This document shows positions 7,951 through 20,789 of a stretch of 32,000 nt of DNA, piece after piece. The stretch lies in contig NZ_CP036280.1 of NCBI RefSeq assembly GCF_007748075.1, forward strand, positions 1,320,001-1,352,000, in the 5' to 3' direction. The position numbers and the translations under genes were made by a program. How positions within the stretch are numbered: the first letter of the stretch is position 1; every line of letters starts with the position of its first letter. This DNA comes from Mucisphaera calidilacus (GTDB lineage Bacteria > Planctomycetota > Phycisphaerae > Phycisphaerales > Phycisphaeraceae). Below the pieces are notes generated by a model. It saw nothing but the letters and a program-made list of their open reading frames with translations, made no database searches and was not told where the DNA came from.

Positions 7951-8866
7951 ATGAGTCTGTGAGCTGCCGCGGCTGGTTGGAGGTGAGGAAGGCGGCGACC
8001 TCTTCACGTGTGGGGATGGCGTCAATGGCACCGGGGCGTGTGACACAGATCGCGGCGGCGGCGGAGGCGATCTCGAGACAGCCGCGGATGGGGGTTGCAC
8101 GGGTGCGTTCGGCGATGAAGTATCCGATGAAGGTGTCGCCGGCGGCGATGGTGTCGACGGGTTCGACGGTGAAGGCGTCGATCTGCATCACGCTCTGGCG
8201 GTCGGCGTAGACGACGCCTCGTTCGCCCATGGTGATGATGACACGTCCGTCGACCTTGTCGCGCAGGCGCGGGATGAGGTCGCGTGCGCCGGGCTTCTGG
8301 ATGATCTCGCCGGCCTCGTGGTGGTTGGCGATGAGCAGGTCGACCTTGTTGAGGGGGTAGTCGGCGACTGCGGGTGTGATTGGCGCGGGGTTGAAGCAGA
8401 CGGAGAGGCCTCGTTCGGCGGCGGCTTCGATGGCGTAGCCGACGTTGCTGATCTCGTTCTGGAGCAGGAGGATCTCGTGCTGCTGAAAGTGATTGAGCAC
8501 CTGATCGATCTGCGCCCGGGTGATGTAGGCGTTGGCGCCGGGGTCGACGACGATGGCGTTTTCACCCCTGCCATCGACCTGGATGAAGGCCGAGCCGGTC
8601 GGCTGATCGGGATCGGTCTCGACGTGGCTGGTGTCGATGTCGGCGGTGTTGAGTTTGTCGATGAGCCATCTGCCGTCCTGACCGACACGGCCGGCGTGGA
8701 AGACACCGGCGCCGGCGCGGGCGAGCGCGACGGACTGGTTGGCGCCCTTGCCCCCGGCGTAGCTGGCGGTGGTTCGTGCGCTGACGGTCTCGCCTGGCTT
8801 GACGATGTGATCGACGCGCAGGACGCGGTCGAGGTTGAGCGAGCCGAGGTTGAGGATCCGGATCAT
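7949..8866 (-). CDS. rbsK: Ribokinase (PfkB family)
   Basis: 305 aa, collinear with E. coli RbsK. Motifs: GSLNLDRV, PGETV, GGKGANQSVALARAG, GENAIVVDPGAN, NPAP, and VDTIAAGDTFIGYF with the C-terminal VTRPGA anion-hole motif. Confidence 0.85.
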   Translation of the reverse strand: MIRILNLGSLNLDRVLRVDHIVKPGETVSARTTASYAGGKGANQSVALARAGAGVFHAGRVGQDGRWLIDKLNTADIDTSHVETDPDQPTGSAFIQVDGRGENAIVVDPGANAYITRAQIDQVLNHFQQHEILLLQNEISNVGYAIEAAAERGLSVCFNPAPITPAVADYPLNKVDLLIANHHEAGEIIQKPGARDLIPRLRDKVDGRVIITMGERGVVYADRQSVMQIDAFTVEPVDTIAAGDTFIGYFIAERTRATPIRGCLEIASAAAAICVTRPGAIDAIPTREEVAAFLTSNQPRQLTDS

Positions 8867-9546
8867 TCGGTCACTCCGGGTGGTGGCGGCATCTGGGAGC
8901 GGGGCGTGCGGTCCTGGGTCGTGCGCATGTATCCGATAACAAGGATGATGACGCAGGCGGTGAAGCCGAGGGTCAGTGCTGTCGCGCCGGAGATCAGTTC
9001 GTTGAGCAGGTCGCGGAGGTTGCTCTGTCCGGCGGCGAGTGTCAGCGGGTGTTCCGGTAGATCATCGGCATCCACGGTGGTGGTGATGAGAATCGATGCG
9101 GGCTGATCGAGAGTGATCTGCCAGCTGCCGTATGCGCTGACGGTCTCGGTGTCGTAGAGGGGGACGTCGGCGATCTCGTCGTCGGGGTCGGCGAGGCCAC
9201 GGGCGAAGAGGGAGGGATCGACGTTCGTCTCGGCGGCGAGCAGGTCCACCATGGCGAAGGTCTGGTCGGTATTGGTGTCGAGGGCGACACAGGTGAGGGA
9301 GGCCGGGCGTCTGCGTAGTTCGCGTTTGTCGGCAGGCGGCTGTTCGATGAAGAGGGTGAGTTCTCCGGCCTGGGCGTCAAACGTCATGGTGCCGGGGATC
9401 GGGGCGCGGACCATCTCGTCAATGATGACGGCCTTGAGCCTGAAGGCCTCGTTGAGCTGGTAGGCAAAGATCGCGGCGCCGATGGCCAGGGCGATCAGAG
9501 CGGTGAGGGTGTAGATGCCGGTGATGCCGCGTTGGTTGTGATTCAT
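8863..9546 (-). CDS. Hypothetical membrane protein: two TM helices flanking an acidic extracytoplasmic domain
   Basis: N-terminal TM helix (IYTLTALIALAIGAAIFAY) and C-terminal TM helix (ALTLGFTACVIILVIGY). Its stop overlaps the rbsK start in an ATGA arrangement at 8863..8866. I recognise no family. Confidence 0.55.
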   Translation of the reverse strand: MNHNQRGITGIYTLTALIALAIGAAIFAYQLNEAFRLKAVIIDEMVRAPIPGTMTFDAQAGELTLFIEQPPADKRELRRRPASLTCVALDTNTDQTFAMVDLLAAETNVDPSLFARGLADPDDEIADVPLYDTETVSAYGSWQITLDQPASILITTTVDADDLPEHPLTLAAGQSNLRDLLNELISGATALTLGFTACVIILVIGYMRTTQDRTPRSQMPPPPGVTE

Positions 9547-9582
9547 GTCGGCATCGTAGGTTCGATCGGGCCTGTTTACACG

Positions 9583-12225
<2,643 letters not shown>

Positions 12226-12296
12226 TCATTCTACCTGAAATCACCCCGGATCACCAGTACGCAGTCGTCCGGATGTCTGTTGTAAATATAATAATT

Positions 12297-12317
12297 ACAG
12301 GCAATTAGATTGCCTGT
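12297..12317. repeat. Perfect 9-bp inverted repeat (ACAGGCAAT-TAG-ATTGCCTGT) inside an AT-rich island between the TPR gene stop and the gyrB start
   Basis: Read directly from the sequence. On the minus strand the hairpin is followed by AATTATTATATTTAC. It is therefore a candidate terminator for the hisG/TPR unit or an operator at the gyrB promoter. A TAGAAT -10-like hexamer lies on the minus strand at 12233..12228. Confidence 0.45.
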
Positions 12318-12364
12318 TCACATTGACCTCAAGTCGTTGTTGGTGCTGTGTGACGCGCCCGGAA

Positions 12365-15340
12365 TCAGGGGGTGGGAGCGGGCAGAGCTGGGTCGGAGTG
12401 CTGCTCGGCGATGGGGGCGACTTCGGGTGTTTCGCCACGATCCACCGCCTCGATCTTGTCGGTGAGGCGTTGTTCGATGTTGTCGAGCTCGGGATCACCT
12501 GACCACGATCCGGCGCGGAAGTTGTCGAGGGCGGTTTGCCATGCCCTGCGCGCCTGATCGGCCCGGTTGGCGCGGTAGAGCGCGTCGCCGAGGTGCTCGT
12601 GGAGCAGCGGGTATTCGCCGTCGGGTTGAGCGACGGCTCGGCCGAGCCATGCGGTCGCGAGTCCGAAGCGACCGGCCTTGTAGTAGGCCCATCCGAGGGA
12701 GTCGAGGTAGGAGCCGTTGTTGGGATCTTGCTGAACGGCGCGTTCGATGAGGTCGATGGCTCGGTCGATCTGCTCGTGACGGAGCACGAGCGCGTAGCCG
12801 AGCGAGTTTGCGGCGGGCGCGTGGTCGGGGTTGGCCTGAAGCGTGCGTTCGAGCGCGGCCATCGATGGTTCTTCGTGGCCGTTGGTCCAGAGGATGAGGT
12901 AGTGCTGGTAGTGGATCGCGTCGGCGTGGTCGGGGAAGAGCGATGCAGCGCGGCGAGCGGTCTGCTCCGCGTCGTCGAGTCGGTCGGTGCCGATCAGGAT
13001 GTGCATGGCCAGGCCGTAGGGTCGGTGCGGCTCGATGAACTCGATGGCGTCGGCGACGAGTCCGTCGAGTTTGTCCTGCTGGTCGGTCTGAATGTAGAGG
13101 CGTGAGAGCTCCATGGTCCGCTGTGCCGAGGGTGGCGAGAGCACGAGGATCTGTTCGGCCGTGGCGGCGTAGCGATCCTGCTGGCCCGTGCGCTGGTAGA
13201 AGCGGAGAGCCTCCTTGAGGGTCTGGGTGTCGTCGGGGGCACCGGCGAGTCGGAGGTCGATACGCTCGTTGCCCTGCTCGAGTTTTTTCTGCTGGGCGAG
13301 CAGGTCGAGCATGGCGCGAAAGACCAGATGATTGTCGGGGTGCTGGATGAGGAGGTCTTCGAGGATAATCTCGGCACGCTCGCTCTGCCGCCGGGTCGCG
13401 TGCCACTGGGCGAGTTTGATGCGGGCGGTGACGGAGGTCGGCATCGCCTTGAGGATCTGACGCATCAGGTTGATCCACTTGGTATTGGCGGTCTTGGCGT
13501 CGGTCTGTCTCTGCTTCTCGTAGAGGGTGAACAGGGCGCGGTAGAGTTGCTCGGACTCGGGTTCCTGCTCGAGAGCCCGGAGCAGGAGTGTCTCGGCTTC
13601 TTCGACGCGGTCGGTGCGTATGAGGATCTGCCCGCGTATGAGGTCGAGTTCGGTGTCGGCGAGTCCGGATTCTTCGGCCCGGTCGAGGAGGTTCAGGGCG
13701 CTGGCGTACTGCTGTCTGGCCATGCGGATCTGAGCGGCTCTGGCGGCGAGGCCGGGTGTGGTGAGCGGATCGACGTCGGCGAGCAGGCGCTCTGCCTCGT
13801 CGAGTTCCCCGCGTGTGATGAGAATGCCGGCGCGGGTAGCTCTTGCCGGGGCGTAGGTCGGATCGGTCTCGATGGCGGCCTGCCAGGCGGTGTCGGCTTC
13901 GGGCAGGCGCCCGGGCATGGGTGCGAGCAGCAGGCCGCGCAGGTGGTGAGCGATGGCCTGCTGACGTGTGTTGCGCGTGGTCAGTGTTGCGAGTCGATCG
14001 GTGATGACGAGGCGTTCGCGCTGGGCTTCCGGCACCCATGCGAGGGGTTCGCGCAGGTCGCTGGTGCGGTCGACGAGGTCGATCGTGAGCTCCAGTGCAC
14101 GGTCGATGTCGTTGCTGTCGGCCTTGTCCATGCCCTGCGCGAGCAGGACCTGAGTGATGGTGTAGGCGATGACGGTGCGTGCATTGGGATGAGCGGCGAT
14201 GTGCTCCATCAGCAGCCGACGGGCTTCATCGTCGGGCAGTGCCTCGGCGAGTGCGATGGCCATGGTGTCGGACTGTCCGCTGCGCTCGTACGCCTTGCGG
14301 AGTCGATCGAGCAGCAGATCATCGCCCGCGCCGGCGCTAAAGAGGTAGCCCGCGAGCTTGATGAGTTGCTCGTCGTCGGGATGCTGATTCAGTCGATCGA
14401 TCAGGCGGTCACGGGCGGTGCGTGGGTCCTCGAGCCGGAGGTCGGCGAGGATCAGGTTGGGCAGCAGTCGGTTCTCGAGGTTGTGGATGCGGGTGTTTTC
14501 GCCGAGGGCGCGCTCGTAGGCCTCGCGTGCCGCTGCGGGCTGATCGAGTTTTAGGTGCATGTTCCCGATGGCGATGCGTGTGGGGACGCTCTGGGCCAGC
14601 AGGGTGCGCGCGATGTTGGTGTCCGCACCGTTGCGTCCGGGCAGGTCGGGCGGGTTGAGATATAGGTCGAGCGCCTCGATCGCGGCGGCGAGGTATTCCT
14701 GTTTGATCAGGCTCTGCCCCAGGACACGCGAGCGGATGATCCGGGCTGCGGGGTCGGGGCTGTCGCTGGCGTCGAGGAGTTGTTCGATGCGTCGAGCCAC
14801 CGCGAGTGTCTGCTGGTGATCGTTGGTGTCGGCGCTCAGTCGCAGCAGGAGCAGCAGGGCGGAGCGTCGGTCGGGCTCGCTGGCGATGGCCTGTCGGGCG
14901 TATCGCTGGGCGGCGACGGAGCTGCCGGTAGCGGCGTAGACCTTGGCGAGTAGTTCGTTGAAGGCGGGTTCACGTGGCGCGAGACGGGTCGCGGTTATCA
15001 GTCGTGGGATGGCGTCGAAGCTTCGGCCGTCGAGGAAGGCCTCGCGGCCGGCGACATAGGCTCGCTGGGCTGATCGCGACGGGTCGCGGGCGTCGGCATG
15101 CTGGTCGGGATTGAGAAAGCCGGGGTCTTCGATGGACGCGAGGACCTGCTCGAGGGGCGTGAGGGCTTTCTCAAGGTCCTCGCCACGGAGCGGGTTGACC
15201 TCACGGGCTTTGAGCCCGGGTGGGAGCGGGTGGTCATCGGCCTCCGCGGGGAGGGTCAGTCCCCCGAGGAAGATGAGGATGAGGGCCATGACGCGGGCGA
15301 TGCCGCGGTACGTCGTGTGTTGTGCGGCTTGGCGTCTCAT
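12365..15340 (-). CDS. Large secreted/periplasmic tetratricopeptide-repeat (TPR) protein
   Basis: 991 aa. N-terminal signal/anchor (RGIARVMALILIFLGGLTLPAEA). The rest shows recurring TPR-like A/L/Y periodicity throughout, for example LGYALVLRHEQIDRAIDLIERAVQQDPNNGSYLDSLGWAYYKAGRFGLATAWLGRAV. Confidence 0.8.
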   Translation of the reverse strand: MRRQAAQHTTYRGIARVMALILIFLGGLTLPAEADDHPLPPGLKAREVNPLRGEDLEKALTPLEQVLASIEDPGFLNPDQHADARDPSRSAQRAYVAGREAFLDGRSFDAIPRLITATRLAPREPAFNELLAKVYAATGSSVAAQRYARQAIASEPDRRSALLLLLRLSADTNDHQQTLAVARRIEQLLDASDSPDPAARIIRSRVLGQSLIKQEYLAAAIEALDLYLNPPDLPGRNGADTNIARTLLAQSVPTRIAIGNMHLKLDQPAAAREAYERALGENTRIHNLENRLLPNLILADLRLEDPRTARDRLIDRLNQHPDDEQLIKLAGYLFSAGAGDDLLLDRLRKAYERSGQSDTMAIALAEALPDDEARRLLMEHIAAHPNARTVIAYTITQVLLAQGMDKADSNDIDRALELTIDLVDRTSDLREPLAWVPEAQRERLVITDRLATLTTRNTRQQAIAHHLRGLLLAPMPGRLPEADTAWQAAIETDPTYAPARATRAGILITRGELDEAERLLADVDPLTTPGLAARAAQIRMARQQYASALNLLDRAEESGLADTELDLIRGQILIRTDRVEEAETLLLRALEQEPESEQLYRALFTLYEKQRQTDAKTANTKWINLMRQILKAMPTSVTARIKLAQWHATRRQSERAEIILEDLLIQHPDNHLVFRAMLDLLAQQKKLEQGNERIDLRLAGAPDDTQTLKEALRFYQRTGQQDRYAATAEQILVLSPPSAQRTMELSRLYIQTDQQDKLDGLVADAIEFIEPHRPYGLAMHILIGTDRLDDAEQTARRAASLFPDHADAIHYQHYLILWTNGHEEPSMAALERTLQANPDHAPAANSLGYALVLRHEQIDRAIDLIERAVQQDPNNGSYLDSLGWAYYKAGRFGLATAWLGRAVAQPDGEYPLLHEHLGDALYRANRADQARRAWQTALDNFRAGSWSGDPELDNIEQRLTDKIEAVDRGETPEVAPIAEQHSDPALPAPTP

Positions 15341-15354
15341 GTCCTCATCGTGGA

Positions 15355-16239
15355 TCAGGCGATCACTTTATTCAAGGGGTAGCTGAAGATGGCGGTCGCG
15401 CCCGCTCGCTTGAGTTTAGGCACCAGATCGCGTTCGACGGTGACGTCGACGATCACCTCGATGGCGACCCAGTCTCGATCGGCCAGTTCGTTGACGGTCG
15501 GTGACTGGGCTGCGGGCATGATGCCAAGGATGGTATCGAGGTCGACACGACGGGCGTTGAGCTTGAGGCCGACCTGGCCGCGAGCGTTGATGGCGCCCTC
15601 GAGCAGGAGGGCGAGGTCTTCGATCTTTCGTCGCTTGGCCTCGTCGGTCCAGGCCTCCTTGTTGGCGATGAGGCGGGTGGTGGAGGTCATGAGGGTGTCG
15701 ATAACGCGCAGCTTGTTGGCACGCAGGGACGAGCCGGTCTCGGTGACGTCGACGATGGCGTCGACCAGGCGTGCCTTGACCTCGGTCGCACCCCAGCTGA
15801 ACTCCACCTTCTTGATGGGGATGTTCTTTTCCTGGAAGTAGCGTCGGGTGGACTGGAGCAACTCGGTGGCGACGATGCCGCCCGCGAGGTCCTCAGGCTT
15901 GTGGTAATCGGATTCCTCGGGGACGGCGAGGACCCAACGCACGGGCTTGCTGGTGGCCTTGGAGTAGACCAGCTCGCAGACCTCGTGCACGTCGGATTGG
16001 TTCTCGATGACCCAGTCGTGTCCGGTGATGCCGATGTCCACGACGCCGTCCTCGACGTACCGGCTCATCTCCTGAGCTCGGAAGAGCACCGAGGAGAGTT
16101 CGGGGTCGTTGATGGTCGGGAAGTAGGATCGATCGCGCACATTCACGCGGTATCCGGCGCGCTCGAAGAGGTCGAGGGTTGAGTTCTGGAGGCTTCCCTT
16201 GGGCAGGCCGATCTTCAGCAGGGGTTCTTGTTCGGTCAT
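15355..16239 (-). CDS. hisG: ATP phosphoribosyltransferase, long form
   Basis: LKIGLPKGSLQNSTLDLFERAGY, DVGITGHDWV, and the C-terminal HisG_C-like regulatory domain. The 294-aa length fits the long form. Confidence 0.9.
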   Translation of the reverse strand: MTEQEPLLKIGLPKGSLQNSTLDLFERAGYRVNVRDRSYFPTINDPELSSVLFRAQEMSRYVEDGVVDIGITGHDWVIENQSDVHEVCELVYSKATSKPVRWVLAVPEESDYHKPEDLAGGIVATELLQSTRRYFQEKNIPIKKVEFSWGATEVKARLVDAIVDVTETGSSLRANKLRVIDTLMTSTTRLIANKEAWTDEAKRRKIEDLALLLEGAINARGQVGLKLNARRVDLDTILGIMPAAQSPTVNELADRDWVAIEVIVDVTVERDLVPKLKRAGATAIFSYPLNKVIA

Positions 16240-16246
16240 TTCGATC

Positions 16247-17074
16247 TCACTTGGCCGGAGCCGCTTTCTTCTTGGTGGTCTTCGATGTCTTGGTTGTCTT
16301 CGTGGACTTTGTGGTCTTCTTGGTGGTCTTTTTCTTCGTGGACTTCTTGGCCGACTTCTTGGTTTCGGCTTCCTTGAGCGCGGTCTTGCGCGCTCTGACG
16401 GCGTTCTTGAGCTGTGACTCGGCGAGGGCGGCGGCGGCCATGGGCGCGTGCGGCGTGATCTCGTCGTGTGTCCACCTGCTCTTGTCGGCGGCGACCTGGA
16501 TGTTGGTGTAGGCCTCGAGGGTATCGGCGGCCTTGATCTGACGCAGCAGCAGCGCCTCGGCCTCGGCGGGGGTGATGTCTTCGGTGAAGACGCCGGCCTT
16601 GGTCATCAGGGTGAGGATGCGTTCATCGATGGGGAAGGCGTGTCCGCCGAAGCTCAGCAGCATGACGCGCGAGATGACAAAAGGGGGGACGCCCGGGAGT
16701 GTCTCGAGGTACTGCCGCTGCTCTTTCTTGCCGGCGGATTCGACGGAGGTCATGGCGACGGCGTGTTCGCGGCGGAAGAGTTCGTTGAGTGCTTCCTTGA
16801 TGCGCGCGGTGCGTTCGGCGACGCAGGGGTAATGGTCGCCGATGAGCTCCACGATCTGGGCTTCGCTGCTGACGCGGAGGTCGTTGATGTCGACCATCTC
16901 TTCCATGATGCGGTCGAAGGCCGCGTCAGACTCGGCCTGGGTTGCCCGCCAGTGGAGCAGCGAGACCACCAGCTGTGTCACCGGTGCGAGGGCGTCGAAC
17001 GGCTCGCAGGCTTTCTTGGGCTTGACCTTTTTGAGCAGGGCCTGGAGGGCCTTGGTGTCGATTTCGTGCTTCAA
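16247..17074 (-). CDS. HhH-GPD (endonuclease III-like) fold protein fused to a histone-H1-like lysine-rich C-terminal tail
   Basis: The CDS itself is well supported: it is in tight spacing, 7 nt upstream of hisG and 20 nt downstream of rbfA. The fold call rests on three blocks. These are the PVTQLVVSLL helix-B-like block, ETLPGVPPFVISRVMLL in the helix-hairpin-helix position, and FPIDERIL in the catalytic-Asp position. No Cys cluster is present. The last ~40 aa are KKSAKKSTKKKTTKKTTKSTKTTKTSKTTKKKAAPAK (about 16250..16375). The confidence given applies to the domain assignment. Confidence 0.45.
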   Translation of the reverse strand: MKHEIDTKALQALLKKVKPKKACEPFDALAPVTQLVVSLLHWRATQAESDAAFDRIMEEMVDINDLRVSSEAQIVELIGDHYPCVAERTARIKEALNELFRREHAVAMTSVESAGKKEQRQYLETLPGVPPFVISRVMLLSFGGHAFPIDERILTLMTKAGVFTEDITPAEAEALLLRQIKAADTLEAYTNIQVAADKSRWTHDEITPHAPMAAAALAESQLKNAVRARKTALKEAETKKSAKKSTKKKTTKKTTKSTKTTKTSKTTKKKAAPAK

Positions 17075-17094
17075 GGTTGTTCCTCAGTGTCGGG

Positions 17095-17475
17095 TCATGG
17101 ATCGGGGTTGTCGTCGGGCCCGTTCTCGGGGCCCGTGCGTTCGTTGGCGACGCGGATGGCGTCGAGGACCTCGGCCTGTTTCTTGAGGCTCTGGTCGAGT
17201 CGGAAGCGTAGCTTGGGGACGTGCCGCAGGCTGACGCGTCGGATGACGCCGTCATGGATGTGTCTGCTGGCGTGGTTGAGACCGGCGACAGATCGCGTGG
17301 CGTGCTCTTCGGGCAGGACGGAGACGTAGACGAAAGCCTCGGCGAGGTCGGGCGTGACGTCGATGCGTGTGATGCTGGTCAGCCCGGTCACACGCGGGTC
17401 TGAGATCTCGCGCTGGATCACCTCCGAGATGGCTCGGCGGAGCATGGAGGCGATCTGTTCGATGCGGTGGCTCAT
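17095..17475 (-). CDS. rbfA: Ribosome-binding factor A
   Basis: RIEQIASMLRRAISEVIQREISDPRV..LTSITRIDVTPDLAEAFVYVSV is the canonical RbfA KH-like core. The gene sits in its conserved position downstream of infB. Confidence 0.9.
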   Translation of the reverse strand: MSHRIEQIASMLRRAISEVIQREISDPRVTGLTSITRIDVTPDLAEAFVYVSVLPEEHATRSVAGLNHASRHIHDGVIRRVSLRHVPKLRFRLDQSLKKQAEVLDAIRVANERTGPENGPDDNPDP

Positions 17476-17482
17476 GGTCTGT

Positions 17483-17773
17483 TTACTGTCCGCTGAGGAT
17501 CTCGAGTTTGTGGTCGCGGAGGGTGTAGTCTCTTCCCAGCCTGATCCAGTCGAGCATCTTGTCGAGGACGCGTTGGGCGACGGGTACGCTGGAGCTGACG
17601 AGGGCGACGCCGAGGATGGCGACGGTGTGTTCGTCGAGTCGGTCGACCTCGGCGACGCTGACGCGGTGCTCGTTGTGCAGCCGGTCCTTGAGGCTTCGGA
17701 CGACGCGGCGTTTATCCTTGAGGGAGGTCGCGCCCTCGATGAACAGTTCGAGTTGGAGGATGCCCACGACCAT
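17483..17773 (-). CDS. DUF503 family protein (YlxP-like)
   Basis: 96 aa. It begins MVVGILQLELFIEGATSLKDKRRVVRSLKDRL. It occupies the conserved slot between infB and rbfA. Confidence 0.8.
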   Translation of the reverse strand: MVVGILQLELFIEGATSLKDKRRVVRSLKDRLHNEHRVSVAEVDRLDEHTVAILGVALVSSSVPVAQRVLDKMLDWIRLGRDYTLRDHKLEILSGQ

Positions 17774-17806
17774 GTCCGATCCCGCAGCGTCCGAGCCGCT
17801 CCCGGT

Positions 17807-20752
17807 TTAGCTGAGTTTCCTGGCGATCTCGGTGACCTTGTAGCAGATGATCCGGTCGCCGGACTTGACGTCGTCGTAGCCCTCGATGCGGATACCGCAC
17901 TCGGTGCCGACCCGGACTTCCTTCACGTCCTCCTTCACGCGGCGGAGGCTGTTGAGTTTTCGTTCGTCTGTGACGACCACGCCGTCGCGGACGACGCGGA
18001 CCTTGCTCTCGCGCTCGATGGACCCCTCGGTGACCATGCATCCGGCGACCAGCCCGAGCTTGGAGATCTTGAAGACCTCCTGGACGTGGGCCTCGCCGGT
18101 CTGTTCTTCGCGGCGCTCGGGGGCGAGCATGCCCTCGAGGCCGGCCTTGATGTCGTCGATGAGGTCGTAGATGACGCGGTAGGTCCTGATGTCGATGGTG
18201 CGAGCCTCGGCGATCTCACGGACGGGTCCGGTGGACGCAACCTGAAAACCGACGACAACGGCCTCGGAGGCGTCGGCCAGGAGGACGTCGGACTCGGTGA
18301 TCCCGCCGACGGCGGCGTGGATGACGCGGACGGCGACCTCGTCGTTGCCGAGTTTCTCAAGGCTTTCGCGGAGCACGTCGAGTGAGCCCTGGACGTCGGC
18401 CTTGAGCACGACGCGGAGCAGGTTGACCTGCCCTGCCTTGAGTGTGTCGGCGAAGTTGTCGAGGGTGACCTTGGTCTTGGAGGCGAGTTGTGTTTCGCGT
18501 TCGCGGTCGCGTGTCTGCTTGGCAACGTCCTCGGCCTGCTTGAGGGTGCCGGTGACATAGAAGCGGTCGCCCGCGTCGGGCAGTTCGTCGAGACCGGAGA
18601 TCTCGAGCGGGGTGGCGGGTCCGGCTTCACGAACGGCGCTGCCGCGGTCATCGGTCATGTCGCGCACACGGCCGAAGGCGCGGCCGGCAACGGCGAAGCT
18701 TCCGACCTTGATCTGGCCTTCCTGCACCAGGATGCGGGCGACGGCGCCACGTCCGGGCTGCATCTCACCCTCGACCACGGTGCCGACGGCGTTGCCGCCG
18801 AAATCGGCGGTGAGTTCGAGCACCTCGGCCTGGAGGTCGAGCAGCTCGAGGAGGTCGTTGACGCCCTCGCCGGTGATGGCTGAGGTCTTCACGACTTCGG
18901 TCTCGCCGCCCCATGCGGTGGGGTTGAGGCCGTTGGCCGCGAGTTGGCCGTAGATCTCCTGCACCTTGTCGTCGGTGGCCTCGGGGCGGTCGATCTTGTT
19001 GAGCGCGACGATGATCGGGACGCCGGCGGCCTTGGCGTGGTTGATCGACTCGACGGTCTGAGGCATGACGCCGTCGTCGGCGGCGCAGACGAGCACGATC
19101 ATGTCGGTCATCTGGGCGCCGCGGGCACGCATGGCGGTGAAGGCTTCGTGGCCGGGCGTGTCGAGGAAGACCACGGTTTTCTTCTCGTTGTCGCTGCCGT
19201 CGATGGTGACGCGGTAGGCACCGATGTGCTGGGTGATGCCGCCCGCTTCGTGCGCGGCGACGTCGGCGGCTCGGATGCGGTCGAGGAGGGAGGTCTTGCC
19301 ATGGTCGACGTGTCCGAGCACGGTAACGACCGGCGGGCGCGAACGGACGTCGGTGCGTTCGCGGTCGGCGAAGACCTTCTGGAGGACTTCCTCGGCGCTC
19401 TTCTTCTCCTTGACATCGAGCTCGATCTCGTACTCCATGGCGATTTCCATGGCCATCTCGGAGTCGAGTGAGGAGTTGATGGTGGCCATCACGCCCTTCT
19501 TGAAGAGGTACTTGATGGCGTCGTTGCTCTTGATGCCGGTGGCGGCGGAGAGGCTCTTGATGGTGATCGGCTCTTCGATCTCGACCTTGCCGCCGGTCAC
19601 CACGGGGCTCATGGCCTGGGCGCCGCCTCCGCCTTTCTGGCTGGCCAGGCGTCGACGCTGCTTGAGATAGCCGGAGGCTCCCTTGAGCTTGGCGTCGAGG
19701 TCCTCCATGTCGGCCTTGCTCAGCTGGCTCGGACCGGTGAGGAGATTGTCATTGGATCGTGATCGTCGCGCGTTGGTTCCGCGACGTCCGCCCTGACCGC
19801 CACGCCCGCCCCCGCGTCCGTCACCGCCACCCGCGCCGGGGCCGCCGCCAGCACCGCGTCCGCGAGCGGGGCCGCGTGAGCGTGTGAATCCCGGGTCGTC
19901 CTGCATCGGGGGCTGAGGGCCGCCGCCACCCTGACCGCCTCCGCCGCCTCGTGGTCCGCCACCTCCGCCGGGTGCTCGGCGTGTGGGGCGAGGGCTGACG
20001 GGGTCGGGGCGCTCGACGCGGACGACCTTCGGTCCCTTGAGTGTTGCCTGCTTGGGCTTCTCGAGCTGCTTGCCGACGGGCATCACCGTCTTGGGACGCT
20101 CGGGGACGTTCTGCACGCCAACGGGCTTGACCGGATCGATTGTCTGCGTGTCATCGGCCTTGGCCGGCTCTGTCGGTTCCGTTGTTTCTGCAGCGACGGC
20201 GGGTTGCTCTTGTGGCGTCGGGGCCTGGGGCTCAGTCTCTTCGCCGGGCTTTGCTTCGTCCGCAGCGGGTTGTGCCTGTTCGGTGGGTGCGATCTCGGCC
20301 GGCCGTGCCTCAGGCGGTGTGGTCTGTGCTGAGGTGTCTTCGGCCTGCTGGGTGGCGGAATCGTCCTGAGCGGCGGGGGCCTGGGCCTCAACGGGTGCCG
20401 CGGCCTGCGTGGTAGGTGCCGACTCATCGGTCGCAGGTTCTTCGGTTTCTTTGGCTTTGGGCTTGGCCTTGCGTGCGGTTGCCTTGCGTTTGACGGCCTT
20501 GGCGCGGGCAGGCTTGGCGACGGTCTGGGTTGCTGTCGCGACACCACCCTCGCTGTCGCTTTGCGCAGCCTCTTCCTCGCCGCTGTCGGCGTTGGCGAAC
20601 CACTCGCGGATGGTGACCGCGAGGCCGACCTTGACGGTCGACATGTGGTTGGTGATGTTGGGCACGCCCTCTTCGGTGCAGCGCTCGACAATCACCTTAC
20701 TCTTCACGCCAAGCTCTTTAGCCAGCTCGAAGACGCGCAGTGCTTTAGCCAA
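17807..20752 (-). CDS. infB: Translation initiation factor IF-2
   Basis: IF2_N ([18 protein letters not shown]). GTPase motifs G1-G4 ([26 protein letters not shown]). The C-terminal domains are collinear with IF-2. The start codon is TTG at 20752..20750 with a GAGGAG Shine-Dalgarno 6 nt upstream. The long N-terminal low-complexity region includes a Gly/Arg-rich block. Confidence 0.95.
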   Translation of the reverse strand: MAKALRVFELAKELGVKSKVIVERCTEEGVPNITNHMSTVKVGLAVTIREWFANADSGEEEAAQSDSEGGVATATQTVAKPARAKAVKRKATARKAKPKAKETEEPATDESAPTTQAAAPVEAQAPAAQDDSATQQAEDTSAQTTPPEARPAEIAPTEQAQPAADEAKPGEETEPQAPTPQEQPAVAAETTEPTEPAKADDTQTIDPVKPVGVQNVPERPKTVMPVGKQLEKPKQATLKGPKVVRVERPDPVSPRPTRRAPGGGGGPRGGGGGQGGGGPQPPMQDDPGFTRSRGPARGRGAGGGPGAGGGDGRGGGRGGQGGRRGTNARRSRSNDNLLTGPSQLSKADMEDLDAKLKGASGYLKQRRRLASQKGGGGAQAMSPVVTGGKVEIEEPITIKSLSAATGIKSNDAIKYLFKKGVMATINSSLDSEMAMEIAMEYEIELDVKEKKSAEEVLQKVFADRERTDVRSRPPVVTVLGHVDHGKTSLLDRIRAADVAAHEAGGITQHIGAYRVTIDGSDNEKKTVVFLDTPGHEAFTAMRARGAQMTDMIVLVCAADDGVMPQTVESINHAKAAGVPIIVALNKIDRPEATDDKVQEIYGQLAANGLNPTAWGGETEVVKTSAITGEGVNDLLELLDLQAEVLELTADFGGNAVGTVVEGEMQPGRGAVARILVQEGQIKVGSFAVAGRAFGRVRDMTDDRGSAVREAGPATPLEISGLDELPDAGDRFYVTGTLKQAEDVAKQTRDRERETQLASKTKVTLDNFADTLKAGQVNLLRVVLKADVQGSLDVLRESLEKLGNDEVAVRVIHAAVGGITESDVLLADASEAVVVGFQVASTGPVREIAEARTIDIRTYRVIYDLIDDIKAGLEGMLAPERREEQTGEAHVQEVFKISKLGLVAGCMVTEGSIERESKVRVVRDGVVVTDERKLNSLRRVKEDVKEVRVGTECGIRIEGYDDVKSGDRIICYKVTEIARKLS

Positions 20753-20768
20753 GAAAAACTCCTCAATC

Positions 20769-20789
20769 CCGGTTCCGCCGTGGAACCGG
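20769..20789 (-). other. Perfect 8-bp GC-rich hairpin in the nusA-infB spacer
   Basis: On the minus strand: CCGGTTCC-ACGGC-GGAACCGG. It lies immediately after the nusA stop and 16 nt before the infB TTG. No adjacent U-run follows, so it is not a canonical terminator. It could be a processing or stability element. Confidence 0.3.
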
